This document shows positions 1 to 12,009 of a DNA stretch of 64,000 nucleotides, one piece after another; position 1 is the stretch's first letter, and each line of letters starts with the position of its first letter. The notes beneath the pieces are model-generated. The model was not told the origin of the DNA, made no database searches, and saw nothing but the letters and a program-made list of their open reading frames with translations. The position numbers and the translations under genes are program-made. The stretch is from Octopus vulgaris (Eukaryota), in contig OX597816.1 in the NCBI GenBank assembly GCA_951406725.2, positions 136,214,001 through 136,278,000 on the forward strand, written 5' to 3'.

Positions 1-345
1 TACAATTGATTTAATAAAAAAAAAAAAGAAAGAAAAAGTAAATAAATAATATAAGCTCGCTTGCCTGATTCAAATTTTTAAAATTCTCTACTGCTTTCAA
101 TAAGTAATTTAACTACAAACACAAAACGCTTAGCGAAATCAGAATTAAAGTATTTTTTAATACTAAATCATTATATCATACAAAAATGCTAAATTTATCT
201 ACTTTAACGATATTTTTATATAAAAAACTGAATATGGGTACATCTGGACTCGGGCTTGAAAAAATGACACATGGAATGTAAAATGGTGGCCACCCATAAT
301 ATAACACTTACATAAAACATATATGACAGCTTACGCCACTGAAAA

Positions 346-1150
346 TCTATCTCTCTATATATAAAACTGAGAATGTGTGTGTGTGTGTCTGTCTGTCTGT
401 CTGTGTGTTTCCCTAAAACCTGAGAACTACACAACCAATTTCGTTCAAATTTTACACATGCCTTACTTAAGGTCCGGGGAGTGTCATCGGCAAAAAAATC
501 TTAACTGTTTTTCCTAGGGCGACCCCACAGCAATATCATATCTTCTCCACTATTTCAGTATTACGTGTTAAAAGTGAAACAAAAACATCTCTCTTTTGTA
601 ATGCAGACACTGAAACTATTAAAGTGAAAGTATTATATAACAGGGCAACGACACCACAGTCGGCGCTATAGCGATCAGAGCTCGCTCTGGGCGCCATTGG
701 GCTGAGTGTTCAAGGCTACGACACCACAGTCGGCGCCTTGGCTTGGCTTGAAAGAAAGAAAGAAAGAAAGAAAGAATTTCAATTATATATAGAGAACGAC
801 AGCGTGAAGGCAGCATAAAAAAAAACTCTTCCTCTGTTGTTGGCAGTTTTACCTACTCCGCATTGCAACGAGATGCGTCTTCATCAAAGCAATTGCTCCC
901 CTAAAGCAAATTAAATAAAATTTGAGATACGTGGAACGTCAAAGCTGCAAACAAAATCAGGACAGTGAAAACATTCGGTAAGGGCTGTTTAACTCTGACG
1001 AGGTGAAGTGGTGAACGCTGGAGAAAAAAAGCTTTGTCAAGAGACAGACAAGAATGCGTTTTATAGTTATAAGCTGAACGAGAAGAAAAAGAATTGCATT
1101 TAGAAATAGAGATCTAAAATTATTGAGGACAGAATTTCAGTTAAAAATAG
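346..1150 (+). mobile_element. Non-autonomous Helitron-like element, 5' part
   Basis: A|TC start (TCTATCTCTCTATATATAAAACTGAGAATG) followed by (TG)/(TCTG) microsatellite; ~250 bp nearly identical to 12396-12625, whose copy ends in a Helitron hairpin + CTAG. 3' boundary uncertain. Confidence 0.6.
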
Positions 1151-1499
1151 AGAACTATAAATATTGAATTATGCATAAAGTGGTGGCTTACATTGGGGCT
1201 TCCAATTTCTCTGTAAAATATAAGATAATCGCAAAATCATCGCACATGTCACCATCGATTACAAACACCGGTGGAAGATAAAAGTTCCAGAGGACATTCT
1301 TGTTCTTTCATTCGTACAAGTATCGTATTATGTTTCGGCTTAAAATAAATTATAGATACAAATATAATGTACAGAAATATATAAAAACCAGAATAGAAAA
1401 TAAACGTCTTAGGCATATAAAATGAGATAACATGAGATATCAAGGTGTTATAAACTTGAAACCTACTAGAATATCATAGATTATATATATCATGTCATC

Positions 1500-2531
1500 C
1501 AATCAGTTCTGTCCAATTTTACCATTCCATATGACCCCTTCTTCCAATCCAGTGAGGAAAAGTGTCATTAAGCCAATCTCTAACAGTTGTGCAAAATGGG
1601 TAGGGGCCCCATCCTGCTGAAACCAATTCGGAAAGCCCTTGCCTAGGTGTTCAATTTCAGATATTAATTTGTCTCTCAATATGTTTACATAAGTCTCATC
1701 CGTTACATGTTCAATGAAGAAGGGTCCTAGAACATGAGCTTTCCACAAACCACACCACACCATCACCTTTTTGCTGTCTTGCTGTTTGGATGGATCCATC
1801 CAATGTGGATTGCCTCGAGATCAGTATAGAAGATTCTGTCTGTTGACCTCACCATTTACATAAAACGTAGCTTTGTCACTGAACAACACAAAGTTTTTCG
1901 TAAAATTGATATTTTCATCCAATTTATCTAAAAACCATTCGCACGTCTACATTCGTCTATCAGGATCGTCTTCATTTAAGTGATGCAATATCTGTAGGTT
2001 GTATCGATGAAACTTTTTCTCAATCAGCATTTTGTGGATGGTTGGTTTTGGAACACCTAACACCGTGGATGTCCGACGAAGTGATTTCTTTGGGCTAGCA
2101 GAAACTTTAGCCATGACAGCCTCTTTAGTTTCATCTGAATTCTTTGGTCGCCCGGAACGGGGTTTATCCAAAACACTGCCTGTTTCTTTAAATTTCTTGA
2201 TCAATTTCCCGACGGCCGTAAAATAAATAGGTTGCCTATAACGGCGTCGAAGATTAAATTTTTCCGCAATTTTGCGATAAGACCATCCCTCTCATCCACT
2301 AAATAATACTAACTCGATTCTTTCTTCTTTAGACAAATCCATCATTCGATCTGCCATTCTTTCTTCTTTAGACAGAGCCATCATTCGATCATCTGTAGAA
2401 AAAATAACAAATAAATTTAGAAAAGTAAAGTATTTTTTTAAAAATTTAAACAAAAGTAAAAAAGGAAATTATTTCTTATATTTGTTTATGTTATGATTTT
2501 ATTCCATGTACCCAGACTTCGTGGACACCCT
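1500..2531 (-). mobile_element. Degenerate Tc1/mariner-superfamily (maT/DD37D-like) transposon, 3' truncated
   Basis: Fragments KFKETGSVLDKPRSGRP, VMVWCGL..GPFF, WFQQDGAP in broken frames; TIR-like end GGGTGTCCACGAAG at ~2531; ~39-bp tandem duplication at 2317-2390. Confidence 0.85.
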
Positions 2532-3631
2532 AGAATTGCTTTGATTAAAACTTTTTCAGCATGGAAGTACCCAAGGAGCATTTAAAGTACATATAATTCT
2601 TTATGAGTACAATAAAGGTAACTCTGCAGCCGAAGTGACTCGAAACATACACTCAGTTTATGGGAAAGTGTTTGAATGAAAGAACTTGCAGGAGATCGTT
2701 TGCAAAATTGAAGATGAAGATCGAACCGTCCAGTTGAGTTTGGTGATAAGCTCCTTGAGGCATTACTTGAAGAAAATCCGTCATTATCAGTTGAAGAATT
2801 GGCAATAAAGCTTACTTCAAACCATACAACATTTCATCGTCATCTTCAACAGCGTGGAAAGATTCCTAAACTTGGAAAATAGGTGCCTTATGTATTGTCC
2901 GAGAGCAACCGCAAATCCCGAGTTGACACCTGCTCTTCTCTCCATTCTCGCAAACTCATTTCACCCTTTTTCGATAGACTTGTGACGAAAAATGGATTTT
3001 CTATCGAAATGTTAAACGTCATAAACAGTGGCTTGGTAAAAATGAAAATGCTCAACCACAACCGAGAAGGGAACTTCATGGGAAAAAGGTTCTTCCCTCT
3101 ATCTGGTGCGATTTCAAAGGTGTAATTCACTTTATATTGTTACCACCTAATGCAACAATCAATGCTCAAGTCTACTGTCAGCAACTAGAGCGTTTGAACC
3201 AAGCTTTGAAGGAAAAAAGAGCCGCTTTAGTGAATCGAAAACGAGTGATGTTTCATCAGGACAATGCGCAACCCCACACTGCAAAGATCACATCACAGAA
3301 GATCGAAGAGGTCGGTTTGGAAAAATGTCTTCATCCAACTTATTCTCCCGACCTTACTCCTTCAGGATACCATTTGTTTCATAGTTTACAGAATTATTAG
3401 CGGGACACAACTTTCGCAAGCCAGGAGGAGGTCGAACCTGACATTTCAGAGTTCTTCGCTTTGAAACCAAAAAAATTTTACATTGATGGGATTAAAAAAC
3501 TTGTAAATAGATGGAAGGAAGTCATAGATAATCAGGGAAAGTACATTGATGATTAACTTTCAATTAAATATAACATTTGATCACTTGTATTCTTTATCCA
3601 AAATTCGGACAGAACTTATGGGATGACCTGA
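2532..3631 (+). mobile_element. Degenerate mariner element, 5' truncated
   Basis: YCQQLERL, FHQDNAQPH, HPTYSPDLTPS motifs in ORF 3137-3400; 3' TIR ...TTATGGGATGACC resembles that of 46118-47389. Confidence 0.9.
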
Positions 3632-3639
3632 GATATATA

Positions 3640-4193
3640 CACTGGCGAAACTATATTTAAGACCGACGATAAAAGTTCTATTTCTTACAAAATATTTTGT
3701 TACTAACACATACAAATTATTTTTATCTTTTACACCTTATGCAAAATTTATTTCTCTTTCGAATGATGCAGACAATAACTATTTTTATACAACTTGAAGA
3801 ATTCTAATGCTAAATATAAACGTTTCAAATTTAACGGCAAAATTAGTTTAAGACCATGTAATATGTAAGCAATTTTTTTGGCCAAAATGGGTGGTCACAC
3901 AACGAGCCTAAATGCACCATATAAAGTTATAATTTAATGTTATTATACAATTTATTAATAATGGGAAAACAACGTAGCCTTAGTCCAGTCACGAGAGCAA
4001 AAATCGTATATTACAGCAAAATGTTTCCTTTTCTAACATCAGCAAGTAAGTAAAGTGCAGTAAACCAGCTTGCGTGCAAGCGTGGAAGTTATACTCGGAG
4101 ACTGGCCAATATAAATATCGGCAAAGGACTAGTAACAATATTTTGTAAGAAATAGGACTTTTATCATCGGTCTTAAATTTATTTTCGCCAGTG
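3640..4193 (+). mobile_element. Internally deleted Tc1-like element / MITE
   Basis: ~65-bp TIRs CACTGGCGAAA...ACAAAATATT / AATATTTTGT...TTTCGCCAGTG; residual transposase start MGKQRSLSPVTRAKI at 3961. Confidence 0.85.
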
Positions 4194-4439
4194 TGTATAT
4201 TATATATATATATAATGTATATAATACGGGAATTTTAATGGAGATAAACTGCAGTATATAGTACAACATTTTTGTCTCCGTATATGTGGTATACGATAAA
4301 AAATTCGGATATTTGTCTTAAAACATTCAAACAAGAAAATTCAGATGTAGCACATGAGGTATTATTCCATACGAATATCCACATATTTATATTAAGAGTT
4401 TCATGATAAAAATATAGAAATACTGGGAAAGTTCGTGCC

Positions 4440-4978
4440 GATTTATAGTAGCTTAACTTTCGATTTATTTTAGAACATGTCCATAAAATAGGATTTGACT
4501 ACACCTCCATTTAGAGCACAATTTAAGCTATCTTTTCGTGGAAGAAGGTTTATGTTCCTATAACCTGTGTTAATTCTGTAACCCTTTAAAATAAAAGATG
4601 AGAAAGTTCATTTCCGGCACTTGATGCTTTGGGAACCCAGACAAAAATTGCTGCAGCTCGGCTGGGATATGTTACTCCCACCCTCCGTATTTCTCAGATA
4701 TTGCTCCTTCGGATTTCCACTTATTCAGGTCTCTGCAGAATAGTCTTAATGGTGAAAATTTCAATTCCTTAGATGACGTAAAAAGATACCTTGACGAATT
4801 CTTTGCCTTGAAACTACCCCAATTCTGGGAAGAGGGTATTTTCAAGGTAAAGGAAAGATGAAGACGTATTGTGCAACGAAATGGTTCAGATTTGGTTCAT
4901 TAAAAATGTAATGGCAAGTATTTAGTGAACTTTTACTTTCCTTTAAAAATCGGAACTAACTTTCCGGACAACCCAATA
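4440..4978 (+). mobile_element. Internally deleted mariner remnant
   Basis: Degenerate HPPYS.DIAPSDFHLFRSLQN motif (~4680-4745) and mariner-type end TTTCCGGACAACCCAATA. Confidence 0.8.
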
Positions 4979-5415
4979 TAAACATAACAATGAAATACGA
5001 ATATAAACATGAAAAATAAAAACTTAAATTGAAAGAGGCGATTAAAATTTTTTTCCTAACCTGCATCCATTTCAGAAAAGTGGTTGTACGAAGTATTCGA
5101 AATTCAGCCCTCCTTTCTCGAGGTAAAATCCAACAAAAAGCAGTAAGGCACTACATGGTGAGTATTCAGTTGATTTTATTACTACCCACAAGGGGCGAAC
5201 ATAGAGGGGACAATACAATCTGATGTGGGGTCAGACATACGGATGGTTTTTACAAAAAATCGGATTTAAAAATAACATGAAATTACAAGAATATACACAA
5301 AATCGAATGATGGAATAGACCGGAAGACATTACAGGTGGAGTGGGTGCGGGTTTAGCTCGGACCCCACGAGCCCCGCCTCCCCACTGATACTTTTGGTTG
5401 CGCTTGGTATTACAT

Positions 5416-8400
5416 TTATGTTGTATCTTTCACTCGCAACTTCCGTGCCACATCTTTCCATCGTTCTTCATACACTCTCCTAGTCAGGCATATTCTCTCC
5501 AGCTCTATCTTCCTTTTCAGGTGGAAGATGAAATAATTCATCAAACCAGGGCCAGAGATGAACTTGCCTGACTGTAAACCTTTCACTCTCGTCTTCCATA
5601 TCACCTCTTTCGCAATTGCTACTACAACGAGAAAACGAAACTTACCTTCATTCACGAGGAAATCCGGTGGGTCAATTTTTGTAATCGACTCAGTCGACAG
5701 CTGTACTCTTCGTGTACCTGACAACAGCTGTTCGGCATAAACCCACACCTCAGACACGTCCGGACAATGAACAATAGCGTGCGGGACGGTTTCCCTATCC
5801 CGCCCGCATCTTGGACATATCGGACTGTCTCGGCCACCGTGCCTTGCGAGTTTATCCCGAACAGGTAGAGCTCCTCTGTAACATTGCCATGTCAGAGACT
5901 TCTGGAAGTTGTCCAGTGTCCTCGGCTTGAACGTACGTCGGAACAGACTGGCCAGCTGATTATCGTCGAGACCTAGGGTTTCCCCCAAGGTATCTTCACA
6001 TTCCGCCTCTACCAACCCTCTATAGAAGAATGTGGTGGAACCCCCACCGCAGGCGTTGCCCGAGCGACGGAATAGCAGGAGAGCCTTGCGACACTCCGTG
6101 TACCAAGTACCGAGTTTCGATCTACGATTCGACCAGGTTTCCCATCCACCGAAACTAGTGAACTTGGGAAACATCAGTTTTGCTAACGGAGACCACACCC
6201 GTTCACCATCCAGGTAGAGCCACAGATGTCTTAACCTCAGCGCATGTCTGCGCATCATCAGCCAAGGCATCCCTAGCCCACCCTTTAACGGTTGTTGACA
6301 GCAAGTAGAGCGTTTCACAAGTGGTTTCCTACCCTTCCACAAGAAGTAGAAGAGCTGTCTTTCCAACTTGGTCAACCACGAATCGGGGCAAGGAACGACG
6401 GAAAGGCGGTAGGTGATAACCGATGCGATAAACACATTGGCCACCTCCGCCCTCCCTTTCAAGGATAGCCACCGCCAAGACCAGGTCTTGGCTACTGCAG
6501 CCACCTTGCTCGTTACCTCGCCCCAATTCTTCTCTATTTGGAGGTCTGGACCGAACCAGACCCCTAGCAATTTAATCGGACCCTCCGTCCAACGTCCCAC
6601 GACGCTGTCAGGAGGCATCGACTTGCCTCTCCAGGTGCCGAGTTGCAAGCCGACTGACTTTTCGCGATTAACTTTTGCTCCTGTCACCGTCTCGTAAACC
6701 TCTATGGCTTTGCCTACTTTACATAGGTGGTCCATTTCGGTTACGATGATGGTGATGTCATCCGCGTACGCTGACACTGATTTTCCATTACCCGGCTGTC
6801 TCGAGCGTTTGATTTTGAACGGCTTCGACAAGAAGCCGTTCACCCGAACTACCGAGTCGATGTTATCATACATTTGGATAATCCACCTGAGGAAGCCAAG
6901 GCTCAGCCCGAACTGTGCCAGGGCAGATACCAGGTAACGATGGTCGACCCTATCAAAGGCTTTAGATTGGTCTAAATGGACCAGTACCCCACCCTTGCCA
7001 GAATCACTATTAAACCCCTCTATAGTGTACCGCATTAGATGGAGATTATCCTGAATGGATCTGCCCGGAACGGCACATGTCTGTGCCTCTCCGATCAGAC
7101 CATCCGCGACACGCGCCAATCTTTTCGATAACACTTTGGCCAAAATCTTCAACTCTGTGTTTAGCAGAGTGATGGGCCTGAAATTATCAATGCACTCCCC
7201 CTTGCTCGGGTCCTTTCTGACGAGAGTCACTACTCCCCGGCGCACAGATCTGGGTATAAGCCCGTTCTGCTGCCAGTTCGCATAGGCCTCCGCCAGTAGG
7301 TGCCCGAACAAGTCTGGCATACTCTTATATAACTCATAGGGTAGACCATCCAAACCCGGCGCCTTGCCTGCGCCGCAGTCCGCCATTGCCTCAAACACCT
7401 CCTCAGGCGTGATTGGCCCTTCACAGCCCTCCGCATCTCGCCCCGATAAGCGTGGCAGCCCGTCGAGTAGGTCCGTAAAGGCCCTCCTCCTATCCAGTCC
7501 GCCGCACTCACCGAAAAGCTGAGCGAAGTGCTCCTGAAAGGCCTCACACATCTCCTCGGGTTCGTTTATCAACTCACCTTGTTGGTTCGTCAAAGATCGA
7601 ATTGTGGCACCGTTACCATGCTGAGCTTCCACCACTCGGGCCCATCTCACGGCGTTGATTCCTTCACATCCCATATGGCGGATTCTAGCCCTGACAATGC
7701 AGCCCATGTGTTTGGCCTCGAGGTGCTGGTTTAACACCAGTCTCTTGGACGCCACCTGAGCCGCAGAGCCAATTTTCATGGCTTCCTCTAATTCCTTAAC
7801 TAGAGTATTATCCCCTCTAGCCTCTCTAGCCACTACTCCTATGCTATATCTAATAGACTCAAACTTGATGGCTCGTTTGAGGGCGTACCACCATTTGTTA
7901 TTAATGATGGTACCGGATAGTGCCCTCTGAATTATGTTCCTAATCCGGTCTTTGTACTCCTTAATCGCCAAAAGGGACGTATTAAGTTTCCAGTAACCGG
8001 ATCCTCTATTTCTAACCTTATCCATGTCAAGCTTACAAGTGACCATTTTATGATCACTGTAGCTGATCGGGTAAAACTGTGGACACTTAGCTATTTTACT
8101 GTCTACTTTTCTAATTAGAATTCTATCTATATATGACCTGGAAGATCCGTCGCTGTTTGACCATGTCCACAATGGAGCGTTCGGAAATTCCAGCCTATAC
8201 GGATCTGCTAGCTCAAAGCGGCTTAGCAGTTCCATGAAGCCACTGTTACCTCTCCTATCTGGACACGAGCCAACACAATCTACATCCGCTTTGCAAATTG
8301 TGTTAAAGTCTCCTAGCACCACTAATGAATGCGAAGTACCAAGAAATTTTTCTAGATCACGAAAATAATCACTTTGCCCTTTTTTACTGTTGGGTGCGTA

Positions 8401-8732
8401 AATTACAACCAGTCTGATAACTTTACCATTACTGAACGTCAAATCCATGACGACCAGCCTACCTTCTGGATCTGCAAAAATTAACTTTTTCTCAGAAACC
8501 CGGTTTCTTTTTAATAGGACCAACACCCCTCTCCCGCCTGTAGGACTGCCAGGAGAGAAAAACTCTCGTAGCCGTCAAACAGCGGGAGTAGACCTCTTGG
8601 CCCCTCTAACCAGGTTTCTGTAGCAACAATAACATCTAAATTACGCGACCTGATATCATGCAGGAAGCGACCTTGCTTCCAGCCTGCTCCCAGGCCGCGC
8701 ACATTCAAACAACCAACATAAATGTAATCCAT
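5416..8732 (-). pseudogene. LINE ORF2: APE endonuclease + reverse transcriptase + C-terminal CCHC finger, disrupted
   Basis: Starts MDYIYVGCLNVRGL..ETW (8732); 1-bp frameshift in the T-run at 8558-8562 joins the 1036-aa ORF 5416-8526 with GDFN, SYIDRI, SDH, APGLDG, NFRPITLLN, LDQSKAFDRV, AYADD and CPRC..ETVPHAIVHC. The RQGxPLSP motif is missing (in-frame deletion near 6800). Confidence 0.93.
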
Positions 8733-8740
8733 TACTTACC

Positions 8741-10057
8741 TTATATCAGTGGTTCGGTTTTTTCTTTTCCTTCTTTGTTTGTCTCTTTTTCTGGGCCTCG
8801 TGGGGGAGTCTGACGCAGGCCCTCGAATATATATGGAGATGTTATATCCATTCTGAGCGGGCCTACGTCATGAAAAAATTCGGACTTTATCCGTCCGTAA
8901 TCCTTCCGGCCTATTCTGTACAATACATAGTCATTTTTCCTCCCTATTTTTTCTACTTTGGCCATCGCTGCCAACACATTACCGAGTCTATTGTTCGTGG
9001 CCTTAACGGCCATAAATGAGTTCAACGACTCTCTTTTCTTCTTTTGATTTACTTTGGGAGGGGTGGTTTCAGTTTTTCTTTTTTTTCTAGTGATTTTTGA
9101 CCACCCCTCCTCCTTTTTCGTTTCCTCGCTCTTTTTTTCCTCCGCCGCTGGTTCCGCTGCCTCTGTCACCTCCACACCTTCAGCCGTCCCTCCTGGGCCG
9201 ACCAGCGCTGTTTCTGATGACACCTCTTCTGCTTTTCCACTTGGCTGAGCTGCTTCTTGCGGTTTGGGTTGGCATTCTGCCCTTACATGCCCTTTCTTAC
9301 CGCAGCCGAAGCACCTCGGCTTTCTGCCCTCTACGAAGACTGTGACTCTATCTTCTTCGCTTATTTTTAGAGTCTCTGGAATCTCCTCCAGGGTTTGTAT
9401 TTCTGCCTGGATGGCTATTATTATCCGTTGCCCTTTCCAGAATTCTTCCTCCTCTACAGTGGCCTGGAGGATGTTTATTTTTTCCTCCAGGCCTACCATA
9501 ACTGCTGCCACCAGAACTTCGGCATCCGCTTCTGGCGGAATATTATTTATAGTGATCTTGGATGTTCTTTTGCCTTTATACAGGGGTAGGAGAACAATAT
9601 CCTCCGCTTTTATTGGTTCCATGGATAGCTTCTTAGCTACCTCCTCTGTTGTGAATCTCACCTCCACTGTGCCGTATTTCTTCCCTCGATTGATATATGT
9701 GATTTTATCCATTATCGGCTTTAAGCAATTTTCGATTTTTTTCTCTTCTATTTTTTGTATTGATCTGCTTGTTGTATTGAAGGTCTTATAAATTATTCTT
9801 CTATTTGTAATTTCTTCTTGTTTTTGGGCGTTTGAAGCCACGGTTACTTCCGTGCCCTCTTTTGACACACAGTCCGCATGTTTCTTTAGGTTTTCGACAT
9901 TAATTTTTTAAATTTTCTTCCCAGCTACTTCCGAAAATTTTTTCGCTGGTGCTGGAATATCTTTTTTCTTTGGCGACCCCGCCTCTTTTTTCTTTGGCGA
10001 CACCGCCGGTGATCCTGCATCACTAGTCACAGGTGAATATGAGATGGGGGATTCCAT
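8741..10057 (-). pseudogene. LINE ORF1: nucleic-acid-binding protein with CCHC zinc knuckle, one nonsense codon
   Basis: CFGCGKKGHVRAEC knuckle. In-frame ATG at 10057 (MESPISYSP.., two SPKKK repeats) is interrupted by TAA at 9910-9908; the 375-aa ORF 8741-9868 is the remainder. Confidence 0.88.
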
Positions 10058-10741
10058 CTCCGATAACTGGCTTTAACAAGCCCTTGGCACAACCAAGATA
10101 ATGATAGTTTTTCCCCCACGGAGGGGGGAACACCAACACGAAGCCCTCGCACGAAGGCCGACTTCAATAGTTGTACAACAATACAGAAAGACAGCTAGAC
10201 ACACAGTAGTTCACAACGGAGAAAATATACACAAGGCAAAAATATAATAACTCACTATACACTATGACGAGTATTCAGTTGGTGAAAGTTCAGTTTTTGA
10301 ATATCGAAGATTTTCTGAAGTTTTTCAAGAGGATTATCACGTTTAAATAAGAAATGAAAATCATTGAAAGGTTAACTTTAGTTAATCATGCAAATAATAG
10401 CCAATGGGAATATTCCACTGTACTGATATATACAACTATAAAAAAAATAATTTAAGATTACAGGTTTGTGCATAAGTGTTCATTGGATCTAATGATCTAA
10501 TTGGATCGTATTTTCAAAAAGCTATAAAATTTTATATTTTAAAAAATTAAATTTTAAATTTTAAGAAAATTATAAGACGCTAAATATTTATGCTTATAAC
10601 ATACTAAAATGTCTGCAATTTTATTTAATAAATTGAGTTATCGAAGTTGAATTGTATTTGTGAGTAGAATTTATTGTTGTTAAAACCGTTGTTAATATCG
10701 TTTGTTATACCGTTAATTTTTGTGTTGTTAAACTTTCCCAT

Positions 10742-12001
10742 TTAGGAAAATGGAGAAGGCGCCAGAGGGCGGCCACAGCTAAGCAGCCGCAACTGAAGAG
10801 GAGCAGCGAAGGAAGCATTAGAGACCTTTGAAATAAAGGTAGAGCCCAGGAAGATGAAGGCTAATGAGAAGCTGCTGAAAAAGGTAGGCGGAAAGATAAG
10901 GTTGACGTCACTAGAGGAACTAATGAACAACGTTAGGAAGAAGACTAAGAATGAAGGTGGAGGGAAAACCGCCTGTGTGTTACGAATGTGGCGAAAAAGG
11001 ACACATGAAGGCGAGATGCCCACGAAAAGAACAGAGAGAGACTACAGAAAAGGTCGAACAGGCAGTAACAGGTGAGAAAAATGAGACAACAGCGGTAGAA
11101 GAATTCACACTAGTGGAAAGAAAACGAAGGAGGAGCCGTAGGGTAAGCCCACCACCGACTAATCAGAAAAAGAAGAAAGAAGAGATTGAAAAGAAAGAGG
11201 TAACGAGAAAGAAAGATGATAAAAGTGAGACGGAAAAGGAAAGGGAAAAAATAATTGAGAAGATGTGTGAAAAAGGGTCAGAGAAGGAGGAAACAAATAT
11301 GAAGATGATAAGTAAATTGACGGAAGACTACAAGAGGACGAAACGGAGAAACTGGTTACAGTAGAGACGGAGAAAGAGAAGGTCCTAGACTCAGAGAAGA
11401 GTATAGAGGAATCTATAATAGGAAGGGTAGTGGATGAAGAAAAGAGAAAGCCGAGAGGAGGGAGTTACAAATGGAATTTCGTGACCTATTCCAAGAACGA
11501 GGAGGTGGAGAAAAGAAATCGTAAAGTTCAAGCACATTATAAGGGTAAAGTTACCAAACGACGTGTACCCAGAGAGTGTGAAGGCCATAGTGGTCGATAG
11601 GGAAACCTATAAGAAACTGAGAGACATGTGCGGAAGTAAAATTGACCCAGCCGGAGCACTGGTGGAGTTCAATGAGCTGCCACCAGTAATCGACCTGTTA
11701 GAACTGAAGCCTTACATGAGGCGTTAAAGAGGAATAAAAGTAAAATTAATTGTTGTTTTTTTTAAAAAAAAAAGAAGGAAAAAAGAACGGAAAAAGTTTT
11801 GGAAAAAAAACGAAAATTAAGGAAAGAAAATACAATAGATAATGACTGTGTGTACAAATGTTCAAATGGTACTGCATGAGGAGTGGGGCCCATGCAGCCA
11901 TTCATCTTTCATTATTATATAATATTCATACTCATTCGTTTTGTGTTTTTTGTCCCCACTGTGGTGTTGTGTCTGTCCTTGTAGTGTCCTCTCTATGTTA
12001 G
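10742..12001 (+). mobile_element. ORF1-only, Tx1-related retroelement remnant (HAL1-like organisation)
   Basis: VEGKPPVCYECGEKGHMKARC parallels VEGRKPRCFGCGKKGHVRAEC of the adjacent ORF1; frameshifted continuation ends at TAA 11725-11727; the ~270-bp UTR that follows resembles the LINE 3' UTR and tail. Confidence 0.7.
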
Positions 12002-12009
12002 TGGCCTGA

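Larger units (their letters stand above)
5173..10268 (-). mobile_element. Full-length Tx1/L1-clade non-LTR retrotransposon (LINE)
   Basis: Exact 13-bp TSD GAGTATTCAGTTG at 5160-5172 and 10269-10281; ORF1 with CCHC knuckle plus ORF2 with APE endonuclease, RT and C-terminal zinc finger; ends in AATAAAAT with no poly(A). Confidence 0.95.

Noticed and set aside
272-290. miR-1-like TGGAATGTAAA
   Set aside because: Only the 5' portion matches and there is no hairpin.
5160-5172. Tx1 target specificity for snRNA, tRNA, rDNA or microsatellite
   Set aside because: The reconstructed empty site (..CATGGT GAGTATTCAGTTG GTGAAAG..) resembles none of these known targets by eye.
5558-9791. Antisense and alternate-frame ORFs inside the LINE (e.g. 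9264-9791, 175 aa)
   Set aside because: Shadow ORFs of a GC-richer coding region with no recognisable motifs.
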